A DNA stretch of 64,000 nt from Gammaproteobacteria bacterium (GCA_965277715.1 OZ255836.1:1504001-1568000); one strand, 5' to 3'; counted from the stretch's first letter, positions 31,452 through 41,149 are shown. The notes: generated from the sequence alone by a model not told the origin. Made by a program: numbers and translations.

Positions 31452-32024
31452 TCAATGTTTAATCGATTCGATATATGCGTCGATTGAATGACCACGTGCC
31501 GGGCCACTCAACCTTGAGCGTTTTTTACATGGCCGACCAAATGGGGGAAACCAGTTAATCCAGTCCCCATCATTTATGTAGCTTGTAGCGTCTATCCCCT
31601 CAACCGATAACGGTGACTTGAACGTATAAAGTGAATTTGGCTCTGCAAATCCGACGACCTCACTCACTGTATAACCACGCCGAGACATGATAAGCGCTAA
31701 CTGTGTTGCCAACGCCGCGCCGCGTGAGTGTCCTGTCAATACATAATTTTTATCCTTATCCAGCAAGTGCTGAAATTCACGGAACCAGACTAATGCGGCA
31801 TAGTGGAAGCCGCTGTGTCGCCATCGTCTATTGATCAATCGGGGGATGATCAGAATGTTTGATAACCAATCCAGCCACTCTGGTTCACTTCCCCGCAGCG
31901 CAATAATTGTGTGATCCTCATTGTACGAGCGCATGATTACCTCGACATCATCCACTGAGTGTACACACTTGCATGCGTACACCAGCTTACACAGCGCCAT
32001 TAAATAGATATGAGAGATACGCAC
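31452..32024 (-). CDS. Class-3 lipase-like alpha/beta hydrolase
   Basis: IALRGSE, HSGF, nucleophile elbow GHSRG, GDWI, HSIDAY. Confidence 0.85.
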   Translation of the reverse strand: MRISHIYLMALCKLVYACKCVHSVDDVEVIMRSYNEDHTIIALRGSEPEWLDWLSNILIIPRLINRRWRHSGFHYAALVWFREFQHLLDKDKNYVLTGHSRGAALATQLALIMSRRGYTVSEVVGFAEPNSLYTFKSPLSVEGIDATSYINDGDWINWFPPFGRPCKKRSRLSGPARGHSIDAYIESIKH

Positions 32025-32029
32025 AACAG

Positions 32030-32545
32030 CTACCGTGCCGGATTTTTTAGCAGCTCGGTTTTGCGTGCCGATGAAGACGATGAGCCAAAGTAGTAACTAA
32101 CGACTTGATCTGCTTTCGCGCTCACGTAACCGATCAGCGTGCCAATGAGCGCACCTTGTTCACCATCCAAGTTCAAGTTACCGGACATAGCATAACCGAC
32201 AGCCCCGAAAAATCCGAGAACGACGACAGTCGCAAGCATTGAGTTAGACCAACCGCCGAGCGTTTTTTCCCTGTCTCGCGCACTGTTGCGATCATCCGCT
32301 GCTATGCGTTCAAGGTCAACGCCAAGCTCTGCCATGCGTGTTTTGAACTCCGCATCAAGTTGTTTAATTTTTAGCAAATCGTCCGGGGTTGCGGATTGAA
32401 TTGCTGCGGCGACCTTTGCCTCTGGTGCAGACTCGTCCCCGAGTAATGACCCTGCGAGGGTTTTTACGGCCATCCCCGCGAGTGGCCCGCCGATAGCTGT
32501 CGCTATCGTCGGCGCTACGGTCGATAGAATTGATTTCCAGCTCAT
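32030..32545 (-). CDS. Holin-like membrane protein
   Basis: APTIATAIGGP, DRNSARDRE, two TM helices, YYFGSS; adjacent to the endolysin. Confidence 0.7.
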   Translation of the reverse strand: MSWKSILSTVAPTIATAIGGPLAGMAVKTLAGSLLGDESAPEAKVAAAIQSATPDDLLKIKQLDAEFKTRMAELGVDLERIAADDRNSARDREKTLGGWSNSMLATVVVLGFFGAVGYAMSGNLNLDGEQGALIGTLIGYVSAKADQVVSYYFGSSSSSARKTELLKNPAR

Positions 32546-32877
32546 CGTCGACCTCCGTGATCCAGGCTATAATGGTTTGCGTCATTGAATCGACCGCCCC
32601 AGGCGCCACCGATGCTCTCCCAAAATTCACCTAGCGGTTGGTGTGCTTCAGTTGTTGTTTTATATTCGCCGTCAATAAATAGGTTTAAGTCCATAGCAAG
32701 GCGGATTTTGTGATTACTGGATGATCTGCCGTATCCTTTTTTTGTCCCCACCTCCCCGAATACTCGTGGGTCTCGATATGCATCACCGAATGTCAGTTCA
32801 TAACCGAGTGAATCCGCGTGCTGTATTAGGCTTGCGATTTTAAGTACAAACTCTGATTGCTTTTTACGTAAACTCAT
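32542..32877 (-). CDS. M15-family peptidase endolysin
   Basis: GDAYR, SNH...AMDLN, WGGRF, DANH Zn motifs. Confidence 0.9.
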   Translation of the reverse strand: MSLRKKQSEFVLKIASLIQHADSLGYELTFGDAYRDPRVFGEVGTKKGYGRSSSNHKIRLAMDLNLFIDGEYKTTTEAHQPLGEFWESIGGAWGGRFNDANHYSLDHGGRR

Positions 32878-32883
32878 TAGTCT

Positions 32884-34344
32884 TTACACCCCTTCTGTGG
32901 CGTCATCGACGCCTGTTAATAGACCGGTCATTAGCGCGAGCTCTAGGTGATCCGCTAGCGCTGTCTCATCTAGATCAGCGTAACTTTCCACGAGTGCGTC
33001 GCGAAATTCTTTTAGTGTTTTGGATTGATTCAGCAGCGTGCGAATATCTTCCGTCAGCGCTGCTATCAAGTCGTCTGCAACCTCAGCTTCTGTTTGTGGG
33101 ATGGTTATATCAGTGGCGTTTGGTTGTGCCTGTGCGAACTCTGTCTGTGTGTTTACAGACTGCCTGGGCAACACGTCCTCCCCAGCTTTCGGCATTGGGA
33201 TTTGCAGTAAGTCGTAACCATATTGTTTTGGTATATCAACCAGCGTGTTTGCTTTTTCTAAGAAGTCAACCGTCGCTTGCCTCGGGTCGGCGTCTTGGTA
33301 AAACTCGAACCGTGGTGGGGTTGCACCTAGGATATTGACTTCAGTTATCCAGGCAAAAAGCTCGCTGATAGTGTCTGCGACAATCGCACGAATCGGCGTG
33401 TGTCCTGATAGTTCGCGCCCTCTATGGGTCTCCGCCGCCGCTCTTGACCCTTGCCCTTGAATTTCGGTGGCCAATGTTTGCAAGCTCAGCGCTTTTGACA
33501 TCTCCGCGTTACACACATCAATGAGACTTTGATGTACTAATTTGCCTGAAACTTTATTTTGCAACAGTTCAATACTGTTCCCCTCTGGGATCGAGCCGCC
33601 CGCCGCCTCCACCATTTTTGCTACGGATCGGTTGAGTTCCCGAATCTGTTCGGGGGTCGATCCCTCGGGGTATTTTGCTATGGGCCAAGGAAAGCCGAAG
33701 CGCTCGCAAAATTTCGCGAAGTATTTAAAACCGGCGTGTTTGAATGTGTATGGCCAATAGCAGGAACTGAGTAGTGCCTCGCCATACGGGTTTTCAGCAC
33801 TCGGCATATGCCTCGTGATTAAAAACCGATAGGGTTCAGCTTCGATGCCTTGTGTTTGATCGCTTTTCGTGAGTATGCGTAACGCATTATTTGTATCGAA
33901 TTTAAAGCGTTGGTTCGGCCTGTCGACGATCTTCACCGGTAGAGTTACACCTGCCACGTTATCCCATACAGCCTCATGGATTCGCATCCCGTACAGAACG
34001 GATTCCGCAATGTTCCAAAACAAATCTGGCCAGCGCATACCGGGCGCTGGCTGTGCTTGCATGTATTGTTTGCACAGCTCTGTCGCTTGTATATCAGCGA
34101 GCTTATCACTCGCAGCGACGACCCTATGGTCGAAGCTCAATAACCCGGCACGGATTGCCCGGCGCTCCCCCATTACATGCGCGTCTGCTGCTATCGCATC
34201 ATAGACATCCTGCGACCTGTTGAGCTTGCGCAAAATAGGGTCTGGGTTTGGTAACAAATCAAGCCCCGCGTAAAAATTCGGGTCGTTTGATCGCGTTACA
34301 ATCTCGGCTGCTGTTATGCCGCTTTTTGTGATCTTATCTTTCAT
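32884..34344 (-). CDS. Portal protein (DUF935/gp29-like)
   Basis: LPNPDPILRK, NPYGEALLSSCYWP, FCERFG, GSRAAAETH. Confidence 0.9.
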   Translation of the reverse strand: MKDKITKSGITAAEIVTRSNDPNFYAGLDLLPNPDPILRKLNRSQDVYDAIAADAHVMGERRAIRAGLLSFDHRVVAASDKLADIQATELCKQYMQAQPAPGMRWPDLFWNIAESVLYGMRIHEAVWDNVAGVTLPVKIVDRPNQRFKFDTNNALRILTKSDQTQGIEAEPYRFLITRHMPSAENPYGEALLSSCYWPYTFKHAGFKYFAKFCERFGFPWPIAKYPEGSTPEQIRELNRSVAKMVEAAGGSIPEGNSIELLQNKVSGKLVHQSLIDVCNAEMSKALSLQTLATEIQGQGSRAAAETHRGRELSGHTPIRAIVADTISELFAWITEVNILGATPPRFEFYQDADPRQATVDFLEKANTLVDIPKQYGYDLLQIPMPKAGEDVLPRQSVNTQTEFAQAQPNATDITIPQTEAEVADDLIAALTEDIRTLLNQSKTLKEFRDALVESYADLDETALADHLELALMTGLLTGVDDATEGV

Positions 34345-35957
34345 TCATAACCAGCCATATCTACGCCGTCGGTTCGTTCTGCCCCGTGGGCTTTCGGTAT
34401 TCCACCGGCACCACTGATGGCCACTTTCCACAGCATTTCTAGCGCATCTGGGCCATCATCGTGGGCCGCTTCTGGCCAGTGCTTCAGTTGCTCTATTAAT
34501 GTTTTTTGTGACTGATGTAGTCGAATTAAGCTGTTCGCAATGTGCGGCTGTAATGACTCAATTCTCAACGCTTTATCTGTGTGCGGTATCACAGGGCGTG
34601 CAGGCACGGGCACTCTTATTATCGCGCTGCGCTTAACCAGTTCAGTGCGCAGGAACTCTTGAAATTGCACAGATTCAAACGCCCACACCATGCAGGTATA
34701 TTCACGCTGAAATGCAATAATGTCTTCGATGATTTTATCAGGCACCCGGCGCTTAATGTTTGCCTCAACGACATCTAACACTCCTGTGCTTCTATCAATT
34801 GCGCCGACTAAAATAGCGCTTGGATCGCGAGACTTATTGGCTTTACCAAGCGATGGGTCGACGGCTCCGTAGTAGACCCAGTGCCGCTTAATTTCAAACC
34901 AGTATTGAATGTCTTTAAACGGCGCGTTCTCCTCATCCGTCGGGTCATTCTGATACTCACAATCAAATGAATGATGATCGTTTGCACGAATCAACATCAA
35001 CCGATAGATCGGTCTCACATCCGGCCACGACACCTCTGCGCCTTTGTCCATCTTGCGTTTATTTTTTTGATAAAAATTGAGCGCGGCCTCTTTACTTTCG
35101 TTCTGTAAAACCGCTTCCCACTCATCCCAGAGCTTCATGTTGTCAGGCATCCTTAGCACCGCTTTAAATACCCGCCTGTGCCATGTGGGGCGCTTTAAAA
35201 AACGGTTGAGTACAGAGTCATAGTGCAGCACTGTGCCAACGTAAAACACATCCATCATGCCGTCTGGCGGGCCGAGATTCATCACCGCTTTTAAGACCCA
35301 TCTTTCCGTCTTGTCCCGCTGCTCTTTCTTTCGCACGTTCTCGTCATTTTCTATATCGTCTAAAAAGACCAGGTCTGGTCGGTGTGGCCCGTGACGCCAA
35401 CCGCGCAAACGTTTACCGCTGCCAGCGGCCTGGATTTTTCGATTATTCTTTGTTACGACGACACCTGTTTGCCATACTCGACCCGCGCCGCAAGCCTCGG
35501 GGAAATCTTGCGCTAATCTGGGGTTTGCTTCCAGCTCAGCTTTGACCGCTTCAAGCATCATTGCTGCTTGATCAAACGAATCCATGATTATGCCTATGTA
35601 CTGTTTACGCCCCGTAACAACAGCGTAAAGCGTGCCCAGTTGGGTTAATAATGTTGATTTAGCTTCACCACGCGGGGCAGCGATTACATCGTTAATGCCT
35701 TCCTGGGCGTCTAGTGCAAACGGGAATCGCTTGAACAAATATTTATGAAATAAACTCGGGGGATTCCCTTTTGTGTAGTGGGGAAAATAGGTTTCAACAA
35801 AAAACTGATAATCGCCGGTAACGACCCGCTCGCGGCGTATTGCGCTGGCCGCTGGGTCGGCATCAAACCCGCTGCACTCTGTCTCGATTAACCGCCGTTG
35901 TTCACTGGCAAATTTTGCCAGTTCTTTTTGAAATGCGTGGGCTGATAATTTACCCAT
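34341..35957 (-). CDS. Terminase large subunit
   Basis: APRGEAKST, LDDIEND, AVDPSLG, HDDGPDALE. Confidence 0.93.
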   Translation of the reverse strand: MGKLSAHAFQKELAKFASEQRRLIETECSGFDADPAASAIRRERVVTGDYQFFVETYFPHYTKGNPPSLFHKYLFKRFPFALDAQEGINDVIAAPRGEAKSTLLTQLGTLYAVVTGRKQYIGIIMDSFDQAAMMLEAVKAELEANPRLAQDFPEACGAGRVWQTGVVVTKNNRKIQAAGSGKRLRGWRHGPHRPDLVFLDDIENDENVRKKEQRDKTERWVLKAVMNLGPPDGMMDVFYVGTVLHYDSVLNRFLKRPTWHRRVFKAVLRMPDNMKLWDEWEAVLQNESKEAALNFYQKNKRKMDKGAEVSWPDVRPIYRLMLIRANDHHSFDCEYQNDPTDEENAPFKDIQYWFEIKRHWVYYGAVDPSLGKANKSRDPSAILVGAIDRSTGVLDVVEANIKRRVPDKIIEDIIAFQREYTCMVWAFESVQFQEFLRTELVKRSAIIRVPVPARPVIPHTDKALRIESLQPHIANSLIRLHQSQKTLIEQLKHWPEAAHDDGPDALEMLWKVAISGAGGIPKAHGAERTDGVDMAGYE

Positions 35958-36447
35958 AGCTGCGGCTCAGTTCCTCGCCGAATGGCTCTAAAACACTCAT
36001 AAAATGACTGAGTAAATCCGGGTGATTATCGCGCAAAAACTCACTGAACAGTTTTAGTACATCCATCGCTATTGCCAATTTGCTAAGCTCTGGATTACTC
36101 GCACCAGCGGCTTTTATCGTCTTTGCGTATGCGTCAGATAAACGCGCTAACGCCTCAGCTTTGTCCAGTGCGCCTAGTTTTTTGTTTCCTTTTAGTTCGG
36201 CAATAGTCGCTTGAAATAGATGAACAAAATCCTCAATGACAGTGGCGGTTAACGCTTTTACGCCTGCACCGCTAATTCTGTTTGCGGCCCGTGCATCGTC
36301 CCAATTATCGCCTTGATCGACCGCTTTGGCTTTCCATCCGCGTGCGGTTTGGTAGGGCACATTATGCGCCGCCGCCGCCGCGTTTAACGGTAAGCCAGAA
36401 ATATAAGAAGCGCGAACAGAGCGACGAGTGGGTTCAGCGTATGCCAT
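35950..36447 (-). CDS. Terminase small subunit (DUF1804-like)
   Basis: VRASYI...TARGWK...GDNWDDAR...LEPFGEE; overlaps the TerL start. Confidence 0.8.
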   Translation of the reverse strand: MAYAEPTRRSVRASYISGLPLNAAAAAHNVPYQTARGWKAKAVDQGDNWDDARAANRISGAGVKALTATVIEDFVHLFQATIAELKGNKKLGALDKAEALARLSDAYAKTIKAAGASNPELSKLAIAMDVLKLFSEFLRDNHPDLLSHFMSVLEPFGEELSRSYG

Positions 36448-36500
36448 GCTGCCATTTTGGCATGGCCTCGGGGGGGTGTTTACCGGGAATCAATTCCCGG
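36448..36500 (-). promoter_or_regulatory. Putative Mor-activated late promoter (leftward)
   Basis: Dyad at 36483-36500 (CCGGGAATTGATTCCCGG on the minus strand), then 23 nt, CAAAAT, 6 nt and the terS ATG. Confidence 0.75.
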
Positions 36501-36542
36501 AAAATAAAAAGCCGGGCTGGTGAGGGAGTACAATAACTGGTT

Positions 36543-36809
36543 TTAGTGCGTTACGTCAATCGCGCAAACCTGGGTTGGTATATTGTTAAAATGTTTATGC
36601 CGAATTGTCTTTAGTATGTAGCCTTTGTACGCTCGATCTATCGTTGTTTTGCTGCACACTCTTTGGTAGCCACGATAAAGGCGTATGATTGAATAATTAT
36701 TCTGATCAAGCTTGGCCTGCCACTTATCCGCCGCACGGTATTCCTGTTTTTTTTCGCCTGACAAAATCGCGTCGAAATATTCGTACTTAAGGTGCAAGTG
36801 CAAAATCAT
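36543..36809 (-). CDS. ASCH/PUA-like domain protein
   Basis: LHLKYEYFDAILSGEKKQEYR (GxKxxExR motif); ATGA-coupled to mor. Confidence 0.75.
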   Translation of the reverse strand: MILHLHLKYEYFDAILSGEKKQEYRAADKWQAKLDQNNYSIIRLYRGYQRVCSKTTIDRAYKGYILKTIRHKHFNNIPTQVCAIDVTH

Positions 36810-37207
36810 GCAAACAAATCCCCCGTGGGATTGTCGTCGGTTTCTAGTGCCGACAACCCCTCGCATATATTGCGCACATGGCGGACAGTCATATTGTAGC
36901 GCCTGGCTATCTGGGTCTTTGTTTCGACGGCTGACGCTTCTCGTATTTCGTTGTTGCGCGCAATGGTTAATAGTTTGTGTGCCATTGGCATATTCAGCGT
37001 TTGCCCGGCCAGGTCACTGGCGCACAATGCAACCACCGCATCACGTGAAATGATCTCGGATAATACAGTGGCCCTGTCTGCATCAAGTGGTATATAAAGC
37101 TCTGCGCCGCCGCGTTCTTTTAGCAACACTATCGCCTCTGCCATACCGATCAAATCCACAATCTTGCGAATCTGCGGCGGTAACGCTATGCGCGTTTCAT
37201 TAGCCAT
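36806..37207 (-). CDS. mor: Mor-family transcription activator
   Basis: GGAELYIP, ARNNEIR, C-terminal HTH IARRYNMTVRHVRNI. Confidence 0.85.
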   Translation of the reverse strand: MANETRIALPPQIRKIVDLIGMAEAIVLLKERGGAELYIPLDADRATVLSEIISRDAVVALCASDLAGQTLNMPMAHKLLTIARNNEIREASAVETKTQIARRYNMTVRHVRNICEGLSALETDDNPTGDLFA

Positions 37208-37652
37208 GAATAATGACCTTCGACCGCTTGCACCATTGTTTTAACGACTCCACGCACACGCACAAATACGGCATTTCAGCCTCTTCCAACGAGGCCCCAT
37301 TAGTATGCGTGTTACACCACTTTCGCATCGCCGCATCGCTGCGATTGCGCACCACGCCCGCATCCGCGAGCGCGCACCACAGCGCGGTGATTTTGCCGAT
37401 TATTGGTTCACCTATGGGGGTGGCTTGTGTCTCAAACCCCAGTGCTCGCATTGCGTTTATCGCTTTTGATAACTGTGCCAATGACATAGTAGTCGCTGAT
37501 GCCTTGCCACCTTTTTCCCGCGCACCGTGGCGTTTTAAAAAGAACCTATAAGCATCCTCTTCCATCCGTATCTTTTCCTTCCCTACGCGTAAAAGGGCGT
37601 AGAGTTTATTGCGTCGTACTACTGTGGATTGTGTTGATTTCATATCATGCAC
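37200..37652 (-). CDS. gemA: GemA/gp16-family protein
   Basis: YR...SATTMS...GF, KITALW...GVVRNRSDAA, ESLKQW. Confidence 0.8.
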   Translation of the reverse strand: MHDMKSTQSTVVRRNKLYALLRVGKEKIRMEEDAYRFFLKRHGAREKGGKASATTMSLAQLSKAINAMRALGFETQATPIGEPIIGKITALWCALADAGVVRNRSDAAMRKWCNTHTNGASLEEAEMPYLCVCVESLKQWCKRSKVIIHG

Positions 37653-37671
37653 CTCTCAGCTCACTCTCCGC

Positions 37672-37914
37672 TCAAATAATTGAAATGCACACCGCATTAA
37701 TCTCTTCATCCAACGCAAAACAACAGTCAGGGAAGTTATCCCACGGCGTGAAGTCTCGGCTCCAAAAGTCATAGTTGCCTACTGTGAGCGGCATCGAAAG
37801 CGTATCGAATATATGATTGTCCGTGCCGACATTTACGATTACCTCCGCGTCTTTTATGTCTGGGTAACTTTGTAAATAATCATTTAATGCTTGCACATAT
37901 TGCTCTAACGTCAT
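37672..37914 (-). CDS. Hypothetical phage protein
   Basis: ORF coupled within the early operon. Confidence 0.6.
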   Translation of the reverse strand: MTLEQYVQALNDYLQSYPDIKDAEVIVNVGTDNHIFDTLSMPLTVGNYDFWSRDFTPWDNFPDCCFALDEEINAVCISII

Positions 37915-38138
37915 TTCACTCTCCGCTCAAATACTTGATTAACATAAATGCGCACCATTGCGCGGTAATGTGCAGGCACCCGGTTGAGCGCTGCCTTGCG
38001 CTCAACGTGGGTGCTTAACACAGCTATCTCTGCCGCATACTGCCGTGGCCTTTTGTCCAAAAAAGCCAACTTGTATAACGACTCATCTACAGGCTTACGC
38101 GGGCACAGAACGCACAACCTTGGCGCGCTCAATTTCAC
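37911..38138 (-). CDS. Hypothetical phage protein
   Basis: PRQYAAEI...RKAALNRVP; lies in the early operon. Confidence 0.55.
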   Translation of the reverse strand: MKLSAPRLCVLCPRKPVDESLYKLAFLDKRPRQYAAEIAVLSTHVERKAALNRVPAHYRAMVRIYVNQVFERRVK

Positions 38139-38622
38139 TGCCCGCCGGTTTTACCGTAAATGTTTCATTGCGAACAAAACCCAATCCCTCAATTCCATTG
38201 TATTTTCCGGGGTCTTTTTTCAGCACTGTTTTATCCAGTGATTCCTTAACCCTTATTGCCGCTTTTAACTTCGCTTCTTTCAACGCTGCGATAATGTCCG
38301 CTTCCTTGCCCTGCACATCGACAGACATCGGTGACAACCGCCAGGCCAACTCACCCGTCGCTAAGTGCGCGGTTTTTTCATCGCCAACCAGCAGCTTGTC
38401 CCGGTTCGCTTGTGCGTACTCATAGACTGCAGCAAACCCGCTCTCGATCTGTTGGTTATAGACTGCGGCTTGTGACTTAAAGTTAGCTTCTACGGCTGAT
38501 ACTTTGCGGTTCATTGCCGTTTCAATCGTCGTCGCTTGTCGTTGCCATTCACCTATTTTTTCAATCAAAGTTTCTGCGCCCCTTTTGGACTTAGGGGTGC
38601 GTATTTTCTGTTGTGTGATCAC
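38095..38622 (-). CDS. gam: Gam-family host-nuclease inhibitor
   Basis: KTAHLATGELAWRLSP, IRVKESLDK, ETFTVKP; GTG start preceded by GAGG. Confidence 0.85.
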   Translation of the reverse strand: MITQQKIRTPKSKRGAETLIEKIGEWQRQATTIETAMNRKVSAVEANFKSQAAVYNQQIESGFAAVYEYAQANRDKLLVGDEKTAHLATGELAWRLSPMSVDVQGKEADIIAALKEAKLKAAIRVKESLDKTVLKKDPGKYNGIEGLGFVRNETFTVKPAGSEIERAKVVRSVPA

Positions 38623-38995
38623 TGTTGAGTGCCTCAAATTCAAGTTTGTATTGAACAAACAAGGCGCCAACGTTAATGCGTCTTAACGCCGCTTCTTGTC
38701 TGAATGCGCTCAACCCACGCTTCCTGAACCAACGCGCTTCACGCTCCACCTGTGCGTCATTTTCAGCGACAAAATAGCCCCTTCTGTTATGCACCACTGG
38801 CAAGCCTTCAACGCGCAGTAATCTAACCAGTTCACGAATTATCCGCGTCTGATCTATTTTTTTATTCGGTATCACCACGCCCTGTGTGATTGTTATAAAT
38901 AACCCGGTCATTACTATTGGGTTATTTGGGCCGATGTGTTTTTTTAAAATCTTCCTTGCGTTATCCAACAGTTTTTGTTCTGTCTCTTTATTCAT
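38591..38995 (-). CDS. Hypothetical winged-helix-like phage protein
   Basis: HIGPNNPI...RELVRLLRVEGLPV...GYF. Confidence 0.65.
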   Translation of the reverse strand: MNKETEQKLLDNARKILKKHIGPNNPIVMTGLFITITQGVVIPNKKIDQTRIIRELVRLLRVEGLPVVHNRRGYFVAENDAQVEREARWFRKRGLSAFRQEAALRRINVGALFVQYKLEFEALNSDHTTENTHP

Positions 38996-39500
38996 GGGCG
39001 GCCCCCGTGAATCCGGCTTTCCATTTGTCAATGTCGAATCCTTGTGCACCGTCGTTATCTGCGCGTGCTGGGGCGTTGCGCAGCTGTGCGTCCTTATCTT
39101 GTTCTTTTTTATCTTCTAATTGCTCGGCTCGGGATACCATCAGGGCTAACAAATAACCGTTGCCTTTTAACGGCAGCGCCATTGTTTTCGGCGGTGTCTC
39201 AACTAAATACGTCAAGGCTTTTTCCCAATTCAAAACGCCAATCGTGTAGCTCTTTTTTCCTTGCTTTAACGTCCCGGTTTTAATCATTGGCGCCAACTCT
39301 TTCACTATGGTTAACATCCGCGAGCTGCGCAATGTGCTGTGTTTGGCTGGTATAAATAATTCAAGGTAACGCCATACCGGCACCTGCACACTGCCGGGCA
39401 GTGTGAGCAGCAAGCTACACAGCGTGTGCCACGCCTTGTCATCCCTTAGTAGCGACAGTTCCACGTCGCGCTGGCAGTGGTAGCAGGTGCCGGTAATCAT
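38988..39500 (-). CDS. Conserved-type Mu-like phage early protein
   Basis: N-terminal CxxC, YLELF, LPLKGNGYL. Confidence 0.65.
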   Translation of the reverse strand: MITGTCYHCQRDVELSLLRDDKAWHTLCSLLLTLPGSVQVPVWRYLELFIPAKHSTLRSSRMLTIVKELAPMIKTGTLKQGKKSYTIGVLNWEKALTYLVETPPKTMALPLKGNGYLLALMVSRAEQLEDKKEQDKDAQLRNAPARADNDGAQGFDIDKWKAGFTGAAHE

Positions 39501-39823
39501 GCTATACCCTGTCTATTGATGTTATGCGCGTGGTGGTGAAGCGGTTCAATTAATTGACTGCCGCGCTGTACGGCATGAGCTGGCCGCAGGTTGTCGATGT
39601 CTTCCTCAGTGATAAATCCTTCTTGAATTAGATCGTCATATAACACGGATTTTTGTTCTCGCAATAACGGCTGGTACATCGTTTGATCCTCCCACACATT
39701 AACTAGGTCAGCGCAGTGGCGCGGGGCTTTTATAAAAATAGAATAAGGGATACCCGTCGGGTAAAACCGAGTGTTGTAAAACTCGGCCCAGTATCTTTGT
39801 TCGGCTTCTTTTAAATTTGTCAT
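39497..39823 (-). CDS. Hypothetical phage protein
   Basis: ORF in the early operon, ATGA-coupled. Confidence 0.6.
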   Translation of the reverse strand: MTNLKEAEQRYWAEFYNTRFYPTGIPYSIFIKAPRHCADLVNVWEDQTMYQPLLREQKSVLYDDLIQEGFITEEDIDNLRPAHAVQRGSQLIEPLHHHAHNINRQGIA

Positions 39824-39832
39824 ATCAGTTCC

Positions 39833-40867
39833 TTAGCGTTGATAGCCCAACAGTTTGTGCCCCACTTTAAATACCGATTCTTTGGTTAATGGTTTTCCTG
39901 GCCTTAAAACATAATCTCGAATACCTGGGATAACACCCTTGCACAGGACGCGTGCAGAGCCATCGCATACTTGCCACATCGCATCGTGTAAGCCATTATC
40001 TAGCGTGACATCAGGGAGTAACGCCTCCGCGATTGCGCGGGCATCATCCGCCTCTATGCCCTTAATAACCGGGGGCCAGAAGGTGATCCGTGAACCTATC
40101 TGCGCGAACCGCCCGTTACGTGGGCGCAGAAGCGGTTGCAATCTATCGGTGCCTGCGTATACCACCCCGATATTCGCGAGGTCTGACACCCGGCGCACGT
40201 ATTCCAGCGTTTGTGCACTGACGGTTTCCGCTTCATCAATCACAAGCAGTGCATCAGAGCCGGTCAATTGATTGATTACCGCGTCTATTTTTTCCGCTTT
40301 TGTCCCACTCGAATGACGGTTGCTGGTACTCACAGCCGCGCCGCTGACTTTTACCAATTGATTTGCCAGCACACTGGCGTTCATGTCCGGTGTGCAATTT
40401 ATAACCAGCGTATTCGGATGTTCTGCCGCATACGCATTGAGCGCGACAGTTTTCCCCGTGCCGACCACGGCGGATATACACGCGCTCATTCGCTGGTGGT
40501 GCGCCCGTGTGCAGGCCGCGTACACATTGTTATAAACAGACGTTTTAATCACTACATCACTGACACTGTTGTCTCTCTTTCCTTCCCTGTCGATGTAATC
40601 CAGCATTGTTTTTATTTTATCGGTGACGGGGGAGGGGTATTTGCCTGTTAATATCTGGTTAATTCCAGATTGCGAGACCCGCGCCGCAAGCGCCAGTTTG
40701 GACTGGCTTCGCTGGTTCTCATAACCGGGTTCATGTGATTGGCCTGCATTGAGCCAATCAATAATCTTGCATACATTCGCTTTATCGTTGTCGGTGTATT
40801 TCGCTGCCCAGGCTGTCGGGTGACTCACCAAGCTTTGTATATGTGCTACTTTCGTTGGCCGCATCAT
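39833..40867 (-). CDS. Transposition ATPase (MuB-like AAA+)
   Basis: N-terminal HTH, Walker A VGTGKT, Walker B VIDEAE, QIGSR. Confidence 0.9.
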   Translation of the reverse strand: MMRPTKVAHIQSLVSHPTAWAAKYTDNDKANVCKIIDWLNAGQSHEPGYENQRSQSKLALAARVSQSGINQILTGKYPSPVTDKIKTMLDYIDREGKRDNSVSDVVIKTSVYNNVYAACTRAHHQRMSACISAVVGTGKTVALNAYAAEHPNTLVINCTPDMNASVLANQLVKVSGAAVSTSNRHSSGTKAEKIDAVINQLTGSDALLVIDEAETVSAQTLEYVRRVSDLANIGVVYAGTDRLQPLLRPRNGRFAQIGSRITFWPPVIKGIEADDARAIAEALLPDVTLDNGLHDAMWQVCDGSARVLCKGVIPGIRDYVLRPGKPLTKESVFKVGHKLLGYQR

Positions 40868-41124
40868 TATTTATCTCCCTTTATTCGATGAATTATTCGA
40901 TTCAGTTTGGTGAATAATCCTGTGGAAACCGTTGCTATTATTCCGATGTCACGGCTGATCCTGTAGAACCCACCACCCCCACAGTCGGGGCACTGCCACA
41001 TATCGGCCTTGAATTCCAGGCTGTACCCGTGGGAGACCAGTTCATCATCCCCCCACTCCAACTCACATGAAACACATAAGTTTGTCAGCGCCATCTGGCC
41101 GTGCGTTGCTTTCGTCTTGCTCAT
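40867..41124 (-). CDS. Small zinc-ribbon protein
   Basis: CVSC...CPDC; between the transposase and the ATPase. Confidence 0.6.
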   Translation of the reverse strand: MSKTKATHGQMALTNLCVSCELEWGDDELVSHGYSLEFKADMWQCPDCGGGGFYRISRDIGIIATVSTGLFTKLNRIIHRIKGDK

Positions 41125-41149
41125 GGTGTAACCTCGCTCTCGCTTTGAG

